The notes: a model not told the origin generated them from the letters alone. A stretch of 64,000 nt of DNA from Camelus ferus (GCF_009834535.1 NC_045697.1:15254001-15318000), one strand, 5' to 3'. Positions 12,770-26,137 are shown, counted from the first letter of the stretch. Numbers and translations: made by a program.

Positions 12770-13340
12770 AATGTTTTTCTGAACATATAATTACTCCATG
12801 CACGTTGTAGAAGCTTTAGCAAACACAGAAGAATAAAAATAAAGAGAACTCACCAAAACCCCATTATTCAAAGACAACCAGTGTTGCCATTTGAGGCTTA
12901 TTTTCCTACCTTTGATAATTCATATATTCTTTTTTTGGCATAATTTGGATCATACTTCATGTATAGCTGACTATCTTGCTTTTTTTAAGAGACACAGTCT
13001 TAAGAAATTGTTTTGTATTGTTAAGCACTCTCTGAAATCACTGTGTTTAATGACCACAAAATGTTTCACCACATATTTTTTTCTATTATGTAAAAAGAGC
13101 CTAATGGAAATCTTTGTTTATGAATCATTGTGAGAAAATGTAATTATCTCTGTAAGTGAATTAGAATTACTAAAGGGTATGGAATTTTTAAGGAATTAGG
13201 CTTCAGTTTTCCAAATTTACACTCTTGTCATCAATGCATGCATGCCTGTATCTCTAGTTAATTTAAAAATGACAAAGTCAGCTATCTAGTTACTTTTATT
13301 TCTTCACCTTAAAAACCTACTGACATCAAACATTTTTGGT
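12770..13340 (-). mobile_element. Ancient L1ME-type 3' relic
   Basis: 'catgcacgttgtagaagctttagcaaacacagaa...aaagacaaccagtgttgccattt...agaattactaaagggtatgga...caaatttacactct' resembles degenerate L1ME in reverse orientation. Confidence 0.6.
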
Positions 13341-16300
13341 GTTGATTAGTCACACCTGTCCCTCAGCCATTGTTCCCTAGTGGACTTAAGTTTCCTGGAC
13401 AAAATGTCATCTTGCTGTCCATTTCTAAGAAAAAAAGAGGGGAGAACAAAGCCTATAAGAACATACTAGAGGGTATATATAAAAATCTATCCCAATCTTG
13501 CAGTAGTTCTTGTAATTATTCTACCTGGCAACCACCTACCTTACCCAGTAAATAGACATGTGCTGGAATCCAAACTCAACCTGCATTTGTCTCCAAAATC
13601 TTAAGCTTTGCAATATGGTGCACCTCCCGGGATGCTGTCAATGTGTGCACCTTAACGATGATTCTGTAGCTTTAACCTCTTACTTCTTAAATGGATTCGC
13701 CAAAAACCAAAGTAAGCCAGAAGTGGCAAAAATTAAGATAAATCCCTTATCAGCTAGTGGATTCCTACTTCTCCCTTTTCCAAGGATACCTGCTTCCTTA
13801 TGTGGGAAGTTTTCTGATGATAATAATGAGGATCTAAAACATTAATCTCAAATCCATTCAAGAAAATGCTCTATGATAACTAGGTCACCATCCTGGGGTT
13901 TGAAAGGGCTTCTGGCCTGATCTAATGCTTCTGGTGTGAGAAATAGTATTAAATCATCAGATTACTGTGTAATATATGGAGTTAGGCAGCACAATGTCTG
14001 GGTTTGTGCAAGCTGCCTGAACAGAAGTAAAAATGTAAGCTCATTTATATACCTATAATTTTCTAAACATGTTTTTAGCTGAGTTTCAGGTAGCCCACTA
14101 TTAGTGACAATTTCCCCAAAGCATCACCATTCAACTTTAAAACCTTTGCGTGAACTAAATTGCTTTGTCCCAAATTTGGCTCAATACTTTCCTGTAGTTT
14201 CATATAAAACAAACAACAGCAGTTGTTTATCTAGATCTCAGCGCCTGCCACTTCACTTGTTACAAATTCATATCCCCTGAACATGCAGAGGTATATATAC
14301 AGCAAGGAATAAGCCTTTTCCACGTGTTTGCACACTTTCTGAAAGGGTTTCTGCTGATTCCCACTGACACAGATTGGAATCTACTAATACACTAACATTT
14401 CTTAAGCAGAAATTGTATCTACTACTTTATAATTAAGTATCCTTGTTCATATGATAGTGAGGGCTATTAACTGTGCATAGTACATATCTGAGAAGTTACC
14501 TTCTCTTTTTAAAATTATTGATGGACCTCAAGTGACAAGGAGCATGAGAAGGGAAGCATTGTGCTAAGTATTTAAACAACATTGGCTTATTTCAGTGGGT
14601 AATACTGCCTCGCCTTTGTAGGTGAAAAAAACCAAGGCTCAGAGAGAATAATTTGCCTCATGTCACAAGCACTCAGATTTGGAAGACCTGGGTTGAACAG
14701 CTACTCAAGAACAAAAAGCAGAAAACAGTGAGAAGAATGGTTTTACAGAAATGTGAAGACTTCTGCAAATTTTATATTTTGATGCTTACTTGGTCTTTAA
14801 TGTTTTGGAGGTAGATTTAGAAGTTATGGAATGTGTGTATTTCAAGGCGAAGAGGAGAGGGGAGCTTTTGGAATCTGGATATGGGGACAGTCCGTGGGCA
14901 GAGGAAGAAAACACAAGAGTGTAGGAAACCAGGCAGTGTTAGGACAGAAGCTGGGAGATTGTGCCAAGAGGCAGCCTAGAGCAGTCGCTTTCAAATCGCT
15001 GAGTCCTGCCTTCTGCAGAAAAAGAGCAGAGGGACTTTGAACGAGCATGGACTTTGTGAAGCTTTAACTTTTATTTAAAGGTCTGGAGAACTCGAGAGCA
15101 AAATGGAATGGGAAACCTCATCAGTGACAGGTTTTCCTGAATAAGGGTCTCAAGAACTTTTCGGGAATAACCAGATGCTACACATGTGAGCTTCTGAGAT
15201 CCTGCCCATCGCTGGGAAAGGAAAAATGAGTATTCAAACAGCTTGACAAAAAGTTTAAGTACTTGATTTGTTCCTCCCTGAAATTCATTTAAATTTAATG
15301 CACTTATTCAGAATCTTGAAATAAAATGAAAATAGACTCATCATGGACTTTTTTTTTAATCTTCTGTGCCATGTAGGTGTAAAGAATAACATTTTTAGAG
15401 CACTAAATCGGCATCAAAAAAAGGCAAATAAGCTCAATAAAAGTAAGGACTTTTAAAGAGACAAAACTATAAAACATTTGTAAATGACAGGGGAATTAGA
15501 CTAGAATGGAGAAAGTATACTAATGTAGGAATTGTTAAACACCCCAGAAACACAAAGCCATGTGTGATGAACCACTGATCTTGTGTTGTTTTACCTAAAA
15601 GCGAAGAACGTCCTTTTTTTCTGACCACTGCGCTGGCAGACAAATGATCCTAATTAGCTTTGTACGTATTTCCATCACAGCAACTGTCATTCTACAGTGT
15701 CACTGACTGTCTACATTTTGTATCTTTTTTTTTTTTTTAACTATAAGTTTATCAAAAACTGAGTGTGGATCTTCTCAAGGTATTTTTGTCTTTGCATCCA
15801 TGGCTCATAAAATTCCTGGAACACAGCAAGTGCTCAGTACCTGACGGATTAAAAACCTTCCAACTGACTGATCAATGGATGGCATGAATCGGGAGGTATG
15901 GGTACCCAAGCAAATGGTTAAGTGGAGACTCCTTTGTTTGGAAGAAGCTATGAAGGAATGAACTATTTCAACTGTTAGAGATATTCAAGGATGGCTCACA
16001 TCACCATTTGCTGGGAGTATAGAAGGAACTCAAACACGGGGTGAGTGAGAGTCTAAGCCTTGTTCTTTGTAGACAGTACAAGCTGAGAGCCACTCTTTCA
16101 TTTGCTATTTAGGATATGAAAGGATGTAGCCTATCTGTGGGAGATGTAGGAAGAAATATCTTAATAAGACCCGTAGCAATGAAAGACATTTTTTTCCCCC
16201 AAAGTACAAATAAAGCATGCTGTGCATTCATTTGCTGATAGCATGCTGGTCAGCTCTTGAGGCCAAGCCACTGTGCAACATAACACTCCGTTTCAACAGT

Positions 16301-16646
16301 GGGTGTTGGTTAAACAGCAGATGCAGGAAGACTGTACTCAGAGAGCCACTCGGTTCTGAGTACAATGTCCCTTAGCCTTGGGAGGAGCAGAGCCAGGGAG
16401 GAAAGTGCAGCTGGGGCTGCTCCTGAGGTAGGAGAACGCCCATATCAGGCAGGGCTCCCAACCATCCCACGGCATCCCAGCGCCATGTCAGAGTCAGGGG
16501 CACGGTCAGCGGCCCAGCAGTTCCCCAAATCTGGATCATTACCTTTAGAAAACTCAGAAGGGAACAAAAATGATTTATTTGTAAATAATTCCCCAATATA
16601 ATGACCATCTGGGGCTCTATATGCTGCCATTTTGAACAAATAAATA

Positions 16647-16737
16647 AGAAGGAAGGAGGGAAGGAAAGAAGGAAGGGAGGGAGGGGAGAGGAGGGGAGAA
16701 AGAAAGGAAGGAAGGAAAGAAGGAAAGAAGAGAAAGA
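16647..16737. repeat. (GGAA)n/(GGGA)n purine-rich simple repeat
   Basis: About 90 nt made only of A/G. Confidence 0.92.
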
Positions 16738-17134
16738 CAATTCCTTTGTCTTCCTGCAGATTCAGCAAAAGAAATAAGCAAGAATTCTTACCACTTCCAC
16801 ACAAAATCTAGATCTGGAATTTTATGGCACATATATCTTGACATATTTACCTCCCTTCCCAAATATTAATTGCCTTTGTAATACTTTATTCACACACCCA
16901 AGTGGAACTTATGAGCAAGCAGCATAACTACCACACAAAGCAACACCAAAAGTACCAAGGCTTTACATTTTCAACCTAGAGGCAATGCTGTATTTTGGAG
17001 ACTCAAACAAAAATACAGATGGGGAGTTAGCTCTGCATTCTGTCCCATTAGATAACAAGACATACATAAATATCAAACACAAAGGAAACTCTTCCTAGGA
17101 AAGTCATGTATCGCCCAGCTGTCCATCAGCTGGG

Positions 17135-17370
17135 GGTTGGGGCCTGACTGGCAGGGCACGAACCCTGCACCTTGCACTCACAGGCTCGAAGACCTCAGGT
17201 CACTCTCCTGCTCTAAGATGGCATGCCCCCCCTTATAAATGGGAGCTAAAGAGAATATCCACTTCGTAGGGTCGTGAGCATTAAGGAACATAACTCATGT
17301 AAAAATATTCACCCTATTACTACCTGCCATAAACTATATACTCGAAGATACTATTGTCATTATTATCAAG
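17135..17370 (+). mobile_element. MIR SINE relic
   Basis: 'ataaatgggagctaaag...acttcgtagggtcgtgagcattaa...catgtaaaa' resembles the MIR 3' half. Confidence 0.55.
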
Positions 17371-17982
17371 TCTTGAATTTCTAAAGCTTTCCATGTTGCC
17401 TGTCTCATAATGGACAGCACATTAGAAAACTATCTGTAGTCAGGAAACTGAGAGCCCCACCAGAACTCATCTGACGGCCAGTGTACTTGATCCTTGACTT
17501 CTGCCAGGCTCTTCTCACATTGAGATATCGTTCAGTATCACACCTCTTTTCCTCATTTCATTCCTGTCGCCTCCCCAGGGAGACCTCCTCTGATCCTCCC
17601 CTCCACTGGCCCTCTGTCATACTCCTCTGTTCAAATCTCTGCCTGGCACTTCCCACTGACTCTCACTTTGCTACTCTATCATCTGCCCTCTCCCCCTCCC
17701 CTCCACCCCAATCCAGGCCTTGTCTGTCTTCCTGTCTGGTGTTTCCCCAGTGCCTAAGATAGTACCTGGCCTTGGTAAGTCCTTACCCAAGGACATGGTG
17801 GATGTGGGCACTGGGTTGGTTTGCTAACAAGAGTGGATAGCATGTCATGATGGCCAGGTCAGAAACTCACTCAGCATGGGAACTAACGTGGGCCCCATGA
17901 GGAGGGCTTTAACCACTGTCTCCCAGATTTGTCTCTAGGGACCATCAGGAAAAAGGACATGATACTGCCTGCTTTCTCACTA

Positions 17983-18447
17983 TAGCTCTCCCTTGACTAA
18001 TGATGCAGTTACATCTTGATAAACCCATCATAAGTTGAAAATGTACTGAATACAACTAACCTAACCAAACACCATAGCTTAGCTGAGCAACGTGTTCAGA
18101 ACACTTATATTAGCCTACAGTTGGGCAAAATTATCTGAAACAAAGGGTATATTATTAAAAAAAAATGTTGACTATCCTGTGCAATTTACTGAATACTATA
18201 CTGAAAGTGAAAAACAGAATGACTACATAGGTACAAATGACTGTAAGCGTAGGGGTCGCTTACCCTCGTGATCGTGTGACTGACTGGGAGCTACCACAGC
18301 ATCACGAGAGAGTTTTGTACAGCATATCACTGGCCCGGGAAAAGACCAAAATTCAAATTCTGAAGTATGGTTTCAAATGCATACCCCTTTCTCACTGTGG
18401 TAAAGTCAGACTCACAAGGGGAACCACTGGAAGTCAGGGACAGTCTA
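17983..18447 (+). mobile_element. TcMar-Tigger non-autonomous DNA transposon (MER47/Tigger5-like)
   Basis: TA flanks. 'gataaacccatcataagttgaaaat', 'cagaacacttatattagcctacagttgggcaaaat', 'actgaaagtgaaaaacagaatg' and terminal 'aagtcagggacagtct' match MER47-family consensus as I recall it. Confidence 0.85.
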
Positions 18448-18499
18448 TACTTCCCAGCCATACCACCTGTCTTCCAGATTCTGAAAGGTGATATCACCA

Positions 18500-18840
18500 C
18501 GACATTCCCTCTTCCTGGACTCCTCTCCCAGCAAGCTTTCAACAGCTGCAGACACCAGCCCATCCCTCAGGTGTCCATCTCAGAGATGCTCTGCTGACTG
18601 CAGTACCGTATCCTCCCCACCACAACTGTTACTTCCCAACCCAGCTCCCAGATTGGGTCTTTCATGGCACTTGTCACAATCTGTAATTATTTAATATGTT
18701 TATTTTCTTTTATTCTATTCTGTCCATTAGAATACACACTCCATGAGAGAAAGCCCAATTTTTTGTTGTTCAATATTGACTGCATCCCCAGCACCTTATA
18801 CAATTCCTGGCATGTAACTTGAGTTTGATAAATAAATATC
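18500..18840 (+). mobile_element. L2 LINE 3' end relic
   Basis: 'catggcacttgtcacaatctgtaattat...ctccatgagaga...tgcatccccagcacct...cctggcatgtaa...ataaatat' is the L2 3' terminus pattern. Confidence 0.75.
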
Positions 18841-20317
18841 AAAAGTAGAGAGAAGAAAGGGAGCCAGGAGCAGAAGGAAGAAATACTTGGAGGAATCCAT
18901 CTTATTTTATAAGTCTTCCCAAATCCCATTCAACATTCATTTATTGAGCAGTTACTGTTGACTGTAGGAAGAGAAGCCAGCACCATTCTCTCCATGAAGA
19001 AAAATATAGATACCATATTTAATAAGTGCTTAGCATTTTGCTTCATTATTATTACAAAATCCTAAAAGAAACAGTTTATCTCCTGACCCCTGAGCCACAA
19101 CTCTTTGTCCTTCAGATGAGGAACTACAGGAAATGGCAATAAATTACCTTCCCACCAATTTTTATTTCTCATATTCTTGCCACTGGCTCTATTCACCCAC
19201 GTCCAGAGCCTTAAGTCAATCAAACTTTTATAACCAAATCTCCTTAACAAATGCAAAACTCACTTCCCACCAAACAACCCTAATTTAGCACAAACTTTAA
19301 ATTTCAAAGGAAGTTTGACCGTGCTTTGCTTTAAATGTCAGGGCTGGATATTCTGATGGAATAATTAACGGGGAGGAAACACTTCCTTCCAGTAAAAAAA
19401 GGACTGCTAGTTTGTGCGGAGTACTAAGAATATTACATTTTAAATATGCCTTCCTCCGTACAGTGCTAACCGGCATCCCAGTGATCGGCACAGAGCGTGC
19501 CTCTGTGTCCTGACTGCCAGGAAGATGGGAACCCTGGCACTGAAATTCAGAGGGCAAACATCACCTCTTAAAAGGCAGATCTGTCAACTTGTAGCTCGTA
19601 ATATATCTGCAGTTTTCAGTTACTGTTACTCATTTTCACAACAATCTAGAATCCCTTTCCCGTGTGCATGAGGCCATGGGTTCTTCTCTTTCTTACTATT
19701 ATATAAGTAAGCAGTTATATAATAGTACTATTTAGGGATGAGTTAGGTTCCAGCAGTTTAATAAATAGTGTTTTTATAACAGTTTGGAAATTCTATTAAA
19801 ACATACTGTGATTTTCCAAGTTTGATGCTAAGAACCTCATTAACTGTGACCATGAAAAGCTATGTTGATCTATACTGGACTGAAGTTAAGCTCTAAAGAT
19901 GTCAGAAAGCAAACAAAAATGCAAGTCTTCAGAAATTATTTGTACACAACACAAATATTTTCATACAATACCCCATTTTCTCTCCAAACCCATTTTCTGA
20001 AGGTCCTTTGATTTTTCTAATTGTATCACGGAAGATTTCTCAGTGAGTTACTAAAATGTACTTAACATCCCTCTTCAACATTATTCCTAATGTTTTCTTA
20101 CAAAGGGGCTTTCTGCCAGAGTCACAGAGATATAACCAGCTCCTAATGGGGAAGGGGGGCAAGGAGGGGGAAGCACAGGATCTAACTAAAGCTTAGATCA
20201 AAACTGTGAATCCCCAATCCATGAATGCAAAGGTTTCCCACACTGAAAAGTTGTATCATGGTTTTTACGTCTTATCAAGAAACATGATATTTATTAATCT
20301 CAAATGTCATAGATTTA

Positions 20318-20382
20318 TTACACCAGAAATTAACACAACATTGTAAACCGACTATACTTCAATTAAAAAGAAATACATTAAA
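20318..20382 (+). mobile_element. Short LINE-1 3' terminal fragment
   Basis: 'tacaccagaaattaacacaacattgtaaaccgactatacttcaattaaaaag' is near-identical to the other L1 tails in the window. Confidence 0.88.
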
Positions 20383-21294
20383 ACATCAGTAATGTTCAAG
20401 GTTAAGTAAATGCATCCAATGCCTGTGGCACTCAAGGCACGAAAGAAATACTATATTTAGCTATTTTCTCATATTCTTTTTTTCATGTTTTCATATTTGT
20501 AATGTCCATTATGTTAGGAAAGTAAGACATATCTATAATAGATGCTTTTGCTTTATAGGGTGTGAGTGCTTAAATGATGACAGCCTGAAGATGCACAAAA
20601 AGAAAAGTTTAAAGACACTGAAAAGGCTGAAGTCACAATAAGGAAATATGCTGAAAGTAGCAAGTTTTTGACATAACTGTCAGCTTCAGGACAAAGCCTA
20701 AGTAAAATATTTTTTTCAAAAGAGAAAACTGACTTTCCTGTGTAAAAATACAGATGCTTAAGACAAAATATATAGGAAATGCTGTTTTAAAAAGCAGATG
20801 ATAATTGCCTGGGGACAAGGAATTTTACTATACAAAGATGCCACAAAGATATTATAAATTTTGAATTGCTCCCTTCCCCCATTTACTTTGCTAAATTGTT
20901 TCAGACACACAGACTATGAGAGAAAACGAATATTCTCTCTTTAGTGATTACTGTGCTTAAGAAAATTATGCTAAACTCATTTGCATGTAGATGATTAAGT
21001 CCTCTGAATAATGATTTCCTTAACTAACACACTTATTATTACAGATGAAGTTATATAATAGAAAAGCTTAAAAGCAGTTGTAACCAGCTTTGATATATTC
21101 TAACCCATAAAGAAAACACTGCTGTTCACTGAAGCCAGTTGATTTTGCTGAACAGTTGCTGACCTTATAGAAGAATCTTTGCAATTACTCTTTGACTTTC
21201 ATATGTAAATTTTGGACAATAGCAAAAAAAAAAAAAAAAAAAAGATGTTAAAGCTCCCTACTGAGTGTTTTGTTACTAGTTGTTCAGTCACGGC

Positions 21295-22095
21295 AGTTCA
21301 CATTTGTGTAGCACTTCCTATGTGCCAGGTACTGCTCCTGATTCATGCGCAGGATTTCATTTTATTGCCATACTTGATGGCTTTTGTACTATTCGGTACG
21401 AATAACATCACCACTTTACAGAGTGAGGTTAAGTGACTCATCTAAGATCTCACAGTGTTGCAATATAATGGGGCACAAGAGGATGGTCATGTCCCAGGTC
21501 TCAGGTGATTCTCTAGGATGAACCCCACCAAGTGAGGGTCCTTGGCTTCACACAGGAAAGAATTCAAGAGCAAGCCATAGCAAAGTAAAAGCAAGTTTAT
21601 TTAGAGAGATACACATTCCATAGACAGAATGCAGTCAGTCTCATAAGTGAGAACAGCTCCAGGAGGTGGGGTCAGCTAGGGAAGTGAGAGTGGCCCCAAT
21701 GTGGGTGAGCGGTTAGTTCTTATGGGCTGGGTAATTTCATGGGCTAACAATTTGGGGGAAGGGGCAGGGATTTTCTAGAATTGGGCCACTGCCCACTTTT
21801 TGGCCTTTTATGGTCAGCCTTGGAACTGTCATGTCATCTGTGGGTATGCCATTTAGCATGCTAATACATTACAAGAGCATATGAGATTCAAGGTCTACTG
21901 AAAGTCAAAAATTCCGCCATCTTGGGCCTAGTTGGTTCTAGCCAGTTTTTGTTGTATCCTGTTTTTCTCAATGGTTGTGTCATTCTTTCAATGGTCGTGC
22001 CCTGCCGCCTTTCCTTCCTGACTCAACAGGTAGCAAGACTTGGAGCTGGGATTCAAAAACCAACTGGTCTGGCTCCACAACCAACACAATCTTGT
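21295..22095 (-). mobile_element. MIR relic split by an LTR insertion
   Basis: 'tatgtgccaggtactg...gaggttaagtgactcatctaagatctcacag' before the LTR continues as 'ggagctgggattcaaa...ggtctggctcca' after it. Confidence 0.75.
21456..22025 (-). mobile_element. ERV1-class solo LTR, 570 bp
   Basis: TG...CA termini and 4-bp TSD ACAG (21452-21455, 22026-22029). Minus-strand AATAAA ('tttatt', about 21596). 'aggaaagaattcaagagcaagcc' is typical of MER4/MER51-group LTRs. Confidence 0.88.
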
Positions 22096-22939
22096 CTCTT
22101 AACTCCACTACACTAAACCAACTCTGAACAAGGATAAATCAAAAAGAAGTTTAACTGACTCATACAGAGGTTAAGTTAAAGTAAAGAGGAGAGAAACTGG
22201 CGTGGACTAGAATAATTACTTAGGAATATTCTCTCTGGCATTTTAGGCATAGCATATTGGATAATTTTTATCTTTTAACAAAACAGAAACAAAAATAGAA
22301 CTGTTGACCAAACACTTACTCTTTTTGCCTAGACGCTCAGGAAGCAGGTGCAACAAAGATGAGTGAAAACTTCAAGTCCGTATTTCCATAATAACTTTGT
22401 ACCCAAAGCCTGTGAGCCCAAGGAGGAGAAGGAGTTAAAAGGAAATCAGACAGCTACACAGGATTTTCCGAAATGGCCATGACACATAATGGCCAGTAAG
22501 AGCCACTCTCACCGACGACTGACTGTTTCCACCCTCAGGTTCAATCACACCAGAATAGTTAATTACATACCCTCCCCTTTGCTATTTTCATATTTTGTAT
22601 GCTCTGTTCCATTGCACCACCACACTATTTTAAATCTCCAGCACCTACTAAATGGCTTCTGTCCAGCCTCAGAACTGGTCTAGAGCTTCCCTCTCTGTGG
22701 CTCATGTAACTGTTCCAGGCTTGGCCTCCGATCTCTGACCTGAAACTTCTATCTCTCTTGTGAGTCTTTCTAGTCTCCTGGACTTTGGTTTCATATCTAA
22801 CTTGGTTCCTAATCCCCAGTCAAATGGATCACCTGTCCAGTTCTACTGCTACTAACAGCTACCTGCAAGCATCATGCTAGATATTTAATGTTCATTTACC
22901 TCAAATGCTGATCAACTATGCAAATTAAGAACTATTATC

Positions 22940-23200
22940 CCTACTGTCCTAAAGTAGAGTGGAGGTGAGAGAAGGTTTCTCTTGAGAAGTGACATTTCAG
23001 CCAAGAGCTTAAGTGTAAGAGGATATCAACTTGTAAAGATCAAAGACAAACTACTGCAGGCAGAGGGTTCAGCATATGCAAATGTATGTAAGTAGGAAAA
23101 AGCTTGGCATTTAGACCAAGCTAATGTGGCTGTCAAAAGATGTGTGAGGAGCAAAGTGGCAGGGTCTCTCAAGGGGGAGGATGTGTGGGGCCAAGCAGGA
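22940..23200 (-). mobile_element. L2 LINE relic
   Basis: 'gagaaggtttctcttgagaagtgacatttcagc...caggcagagggttcagcatatgcaaa' is the reverse L2 3' region pattern. Confidence 0.65.
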
Positions 23201-23334
23201 TCAAACAATGCTAACTTTACATTTCCTCCAATGAACTCTGTACTCAGTAAACTCATAGACCATGTTCACCCACGTGGGCTCCCAGAGTCTAGCATATTTA
23301 CTGACCTTTAGTGTCAGTTTGAATATTGGTTTTG

Positions 23335-23505
23335 GAATTGCTGGTGGCGGCTGGTGATGAAATTGCTGGTGGGGTTAGGTGGTGCAACTATTCGTGGTGC
23401 TGGAATTGTTGACAGTATTTGTAGTGCAATTGATGGAGGCATCCGTGGTAGACATGTTGGTACTTTTGGTGACAGAACTGCCAGTGGTGTTGGTGATGGT
23501 ATCTG
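23335..23505. repeat. Degenerate (TGG)n-like low-complexity tract
   Basis: Recurrent tgg/ggt/gtg triplets; all three minus-strand frames contain stops. Confidence 0.6.
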
Positions 23506-24937
23506 GATTCACTGTGTGAATGTGTATTGATGACCACTTCCTAAATGAAGGCCTGTATCCATCTGCCATATGTGACAGTTCACATCATTCAGAGGTAAAT
23601 TAATAGCTAACACTGAAGCCTGGACTAGGAGGTGAAAAGCAATTAAAATAGTTCGGTTGGTTTTATTAACATGCTTGACCAAAGATAGACCTGAGGATTC
23701 GGACAAAGCTGAATTTAAATAATTTATGCTCTGTAATGATTACATCCTCAACATAATTCTTTCTGCACTTCTAACCCTACCTGAATCCCCACCTGTGGTG
23801 CTGTTACCTGAGAATGTTCTCCCTACGGCGAATAGACTTGGAGTGCTTAAAGACTGATTTTATTATAGGTATTTTTTTAGTAATTCAGTATTCATCCAGA
23901 AGGGTAAAGGGACCAGGGAGAAAAGGGGCTTCTTCTTTCAAGAGAATGTTATCCACCAGCCAGTAGGACTTAGATAAGTCCTAAATTCCCTTAAAAATTT
24001 ATAAGCACCTTCCTACCAAATACTATTATAGAGATAAATAAGACATCGTCCCAGACCTTTAGCACTTATTAATGATACCATTTATTCAGCACCAGATACT
24101 TGTATTAGGTTCATAATATATATTATTATTATTTAATCCAATGGAAATATTGTACGTATTTTATACTTGAGAAAACTAAGGCCTAGAGAAGTAACTACTT
24201 TTCCTATTGAAAAACCTATGCACCTGCCATCAGACAATCTTACCATGGATAAAGACACAAGGAAATATTTAATGCGACTTAATGACACCAGCGGACCTTA
24301 AAGCTAAGGATCTAGGGTCCATGGAAGAGAATCCATAGAAAAGGCCCACAGCATCCTTTGCATCCACAGGAAAGGACCCCAGGAAATCATACACCTGGAA
24401 GATGGACACTGATGATGTACTGAGGCTGTATGAACACACTCTTCGAGCAGGTCGACACACTCTGACCAGTGTTATTTGGTAGAACAGAGCTGGGACCTAA
24501 AGGAGTTAGTAAACCTGTCTGAGCACACACGGTTAAGCCACGGTTACTCACTGAGTAGCCAATTAATTAGCTGATCATTTTGTGTTTCCTCATAACATTT
24601 TGTCCAAAAAAAAATTTAAAATAAAACTGTATCCAAACAAGAGAAAACCATTTGCTTAGCTCTACCTGTAATTATCTTAGGCCCTGAAATTCCACAGTCA
24701 GAAAGTTAGCCCTTTAAATCAAGATTCTATCCTTTGAAAGAAATTTGGAATTAATAGACATGGTATATCTTAGAGTAAATTATTTTGCCTTTTGCTTATT
24801 TCAGAAAGGTTTTGATTAACACAGTTGAGAGTGGTGGCAAGAATTATATAAACTAAAAGAAGAGAAAGGTTTGGAAGGGAAAAGCTAGAGGAGATTTCTG
24901 CCATCTAGCAGCTTAAAAAGTACATCTTGAAATGCTC

Positions 24938-25430
24938 AGGACTTTCCTAGGTATATACCCTGTAGAAATACGTACATGTTTACCAAAGACGTGCACTAGG
25001 ATGCTGAGCGAGTTCTGCTGGCATCAGGTAAAAACTGAAACTATGGAAACTTTCACCAGTACTAGAATGAATGATAAGTGTCCAATATTCACACAAAGAA
25101 GCACCGTAAGCAATGAGAGTAAATTGATTATTGCTGTACAATACAACATGAACGAATCTCACAGATGCAATGATCATTAAAAGAAGGGATATACAAATGA
25201 GAACAAACTGAGTGATTCTATTTATCTAAACACCAGACAGTAGATGAATCTCAGCAACACCAGGAGGAGTCAGTATAGAGATTACACTGGTGAGAGTAAT
25301 CAGTGATTGGAGGGGGCCAGAGGAAGGCATCTGTGCTGCTGGTTACACAGGTGTGTTCAGTTTGTGAAAATTCACTGGGCTGTACATTAACGGCATTGCC
25401 AATTTTTTTTTTCCTGTATGTACATTAAAG
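24938..25430 (+). mobile_element. Old L1 (L1ME/L1MD-type) ORF2 end and 3' UTR relic
   Basis: 'cctaggtatataccc', 'caacatgaacgaatctcaca', 'tgattctatttat', 'ggttacacaggtgtgttcagtttgtgaaaattcactgggctgtaca'. Confidence 0.8.
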
Positions 25431-25479
25431 CCAAGGGGAAAAAAAAGGTCAAAAGGAGAAAAAAAATCCAGTGACTTTA

Positions 25480-25652
25480 TATCAGAAGTCTAGACTTAAA
25501 GTTAGGATGTATACTATTAAGTAATCACTTAACCTCTCTCAAAGCTTGAATTCTTTGTGTATAAAATAAGAATGATGCCCACCACACTAGATTAAATGAG
25601 ATTAAAAACTGTGACATGCTTTATAAAGTTCTGTACAACTGTCAATTATTTA
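25480..25652 (+). mobile_element. MIR SINE relic
   Basis: 'aatcacttaacctctctc...tataaaataagaatgatgcccacc...agattaaatgaga'. Confidence 0.7.
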
Positions 25653-25655
25653 GGC

Positions 25656-25828
25656 CAGTGGTTTGCAACCCTAGCTGTGAGTGAGACTCACCTAGGGAGA
25701 TAAACAAAGACAGCTAAATACATGCCCTGGTCCCACCACCCTAGAGACTGTGACCCACTAGATCTGGGGAGAGGCTCATGCATCTCCAGTTTCAGAAGCT
25801 CCACAAGTGACAAGAGTTTTGGAGCATG
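25656..25828. mobile_element. hAT-Charlie MER5A-like element
   Basis: Starts 'cagtggtttgcaaccctagctg...actcacctagggag', with 'agatctggggagaggc...catc...aagctccacaagtga'. Confidence 0.7.
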
Positions 25829-25864
25829 AACTTGGAAAATATATCCTTATTTCAAAAGTGAATA

Positions 25865-26137
25865 TGAACAATCTTATGGTTACTGGGGCAAGGAAGTGGG
25901 AAGCGATAAATTTGGGATGAGATTTGCAAATGTTAAACACTACATAAAGATAGATAAAAAACAGATTTCTTCTGTACAGCATAGGGAACTATATTCAATA
26001 TCTTGTAATAACCTTTAATGTAAGAATATGAAAACAAATATATGTGTGTATATATGTATACACACATACACACATGACTGGGACATTATTCTGTACACCA
26101 GAAATTGACACATTGTAACTGATTATACTTCAGTTAA
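25865..26137 (+). mobile_element. LINE-1 3' UTR fragment with TSD
   Basis: L1 3' end sequence flanked by an 11-bp TSD AAAAGTGAATA (25854-25864, 26138-26148). Confidence 0.93.

Noticed and set aside
5503..23083. Octamer ATGCAAAT sites (about 5503, 22918, 23076)
   Set aside because: A few copies are expected by chance in 64 kb of AT-rich DNA, and one lies in an L2 relic.
23306..23540. Mucin-like Thr/Ser-rich coding exon on the minus strand (ag|...AAG|gtcagt)
   Set aside because: All three frames between the apparent splice sites contain stops; better explained as a degenerate TGG/ACC low-complexity tract.
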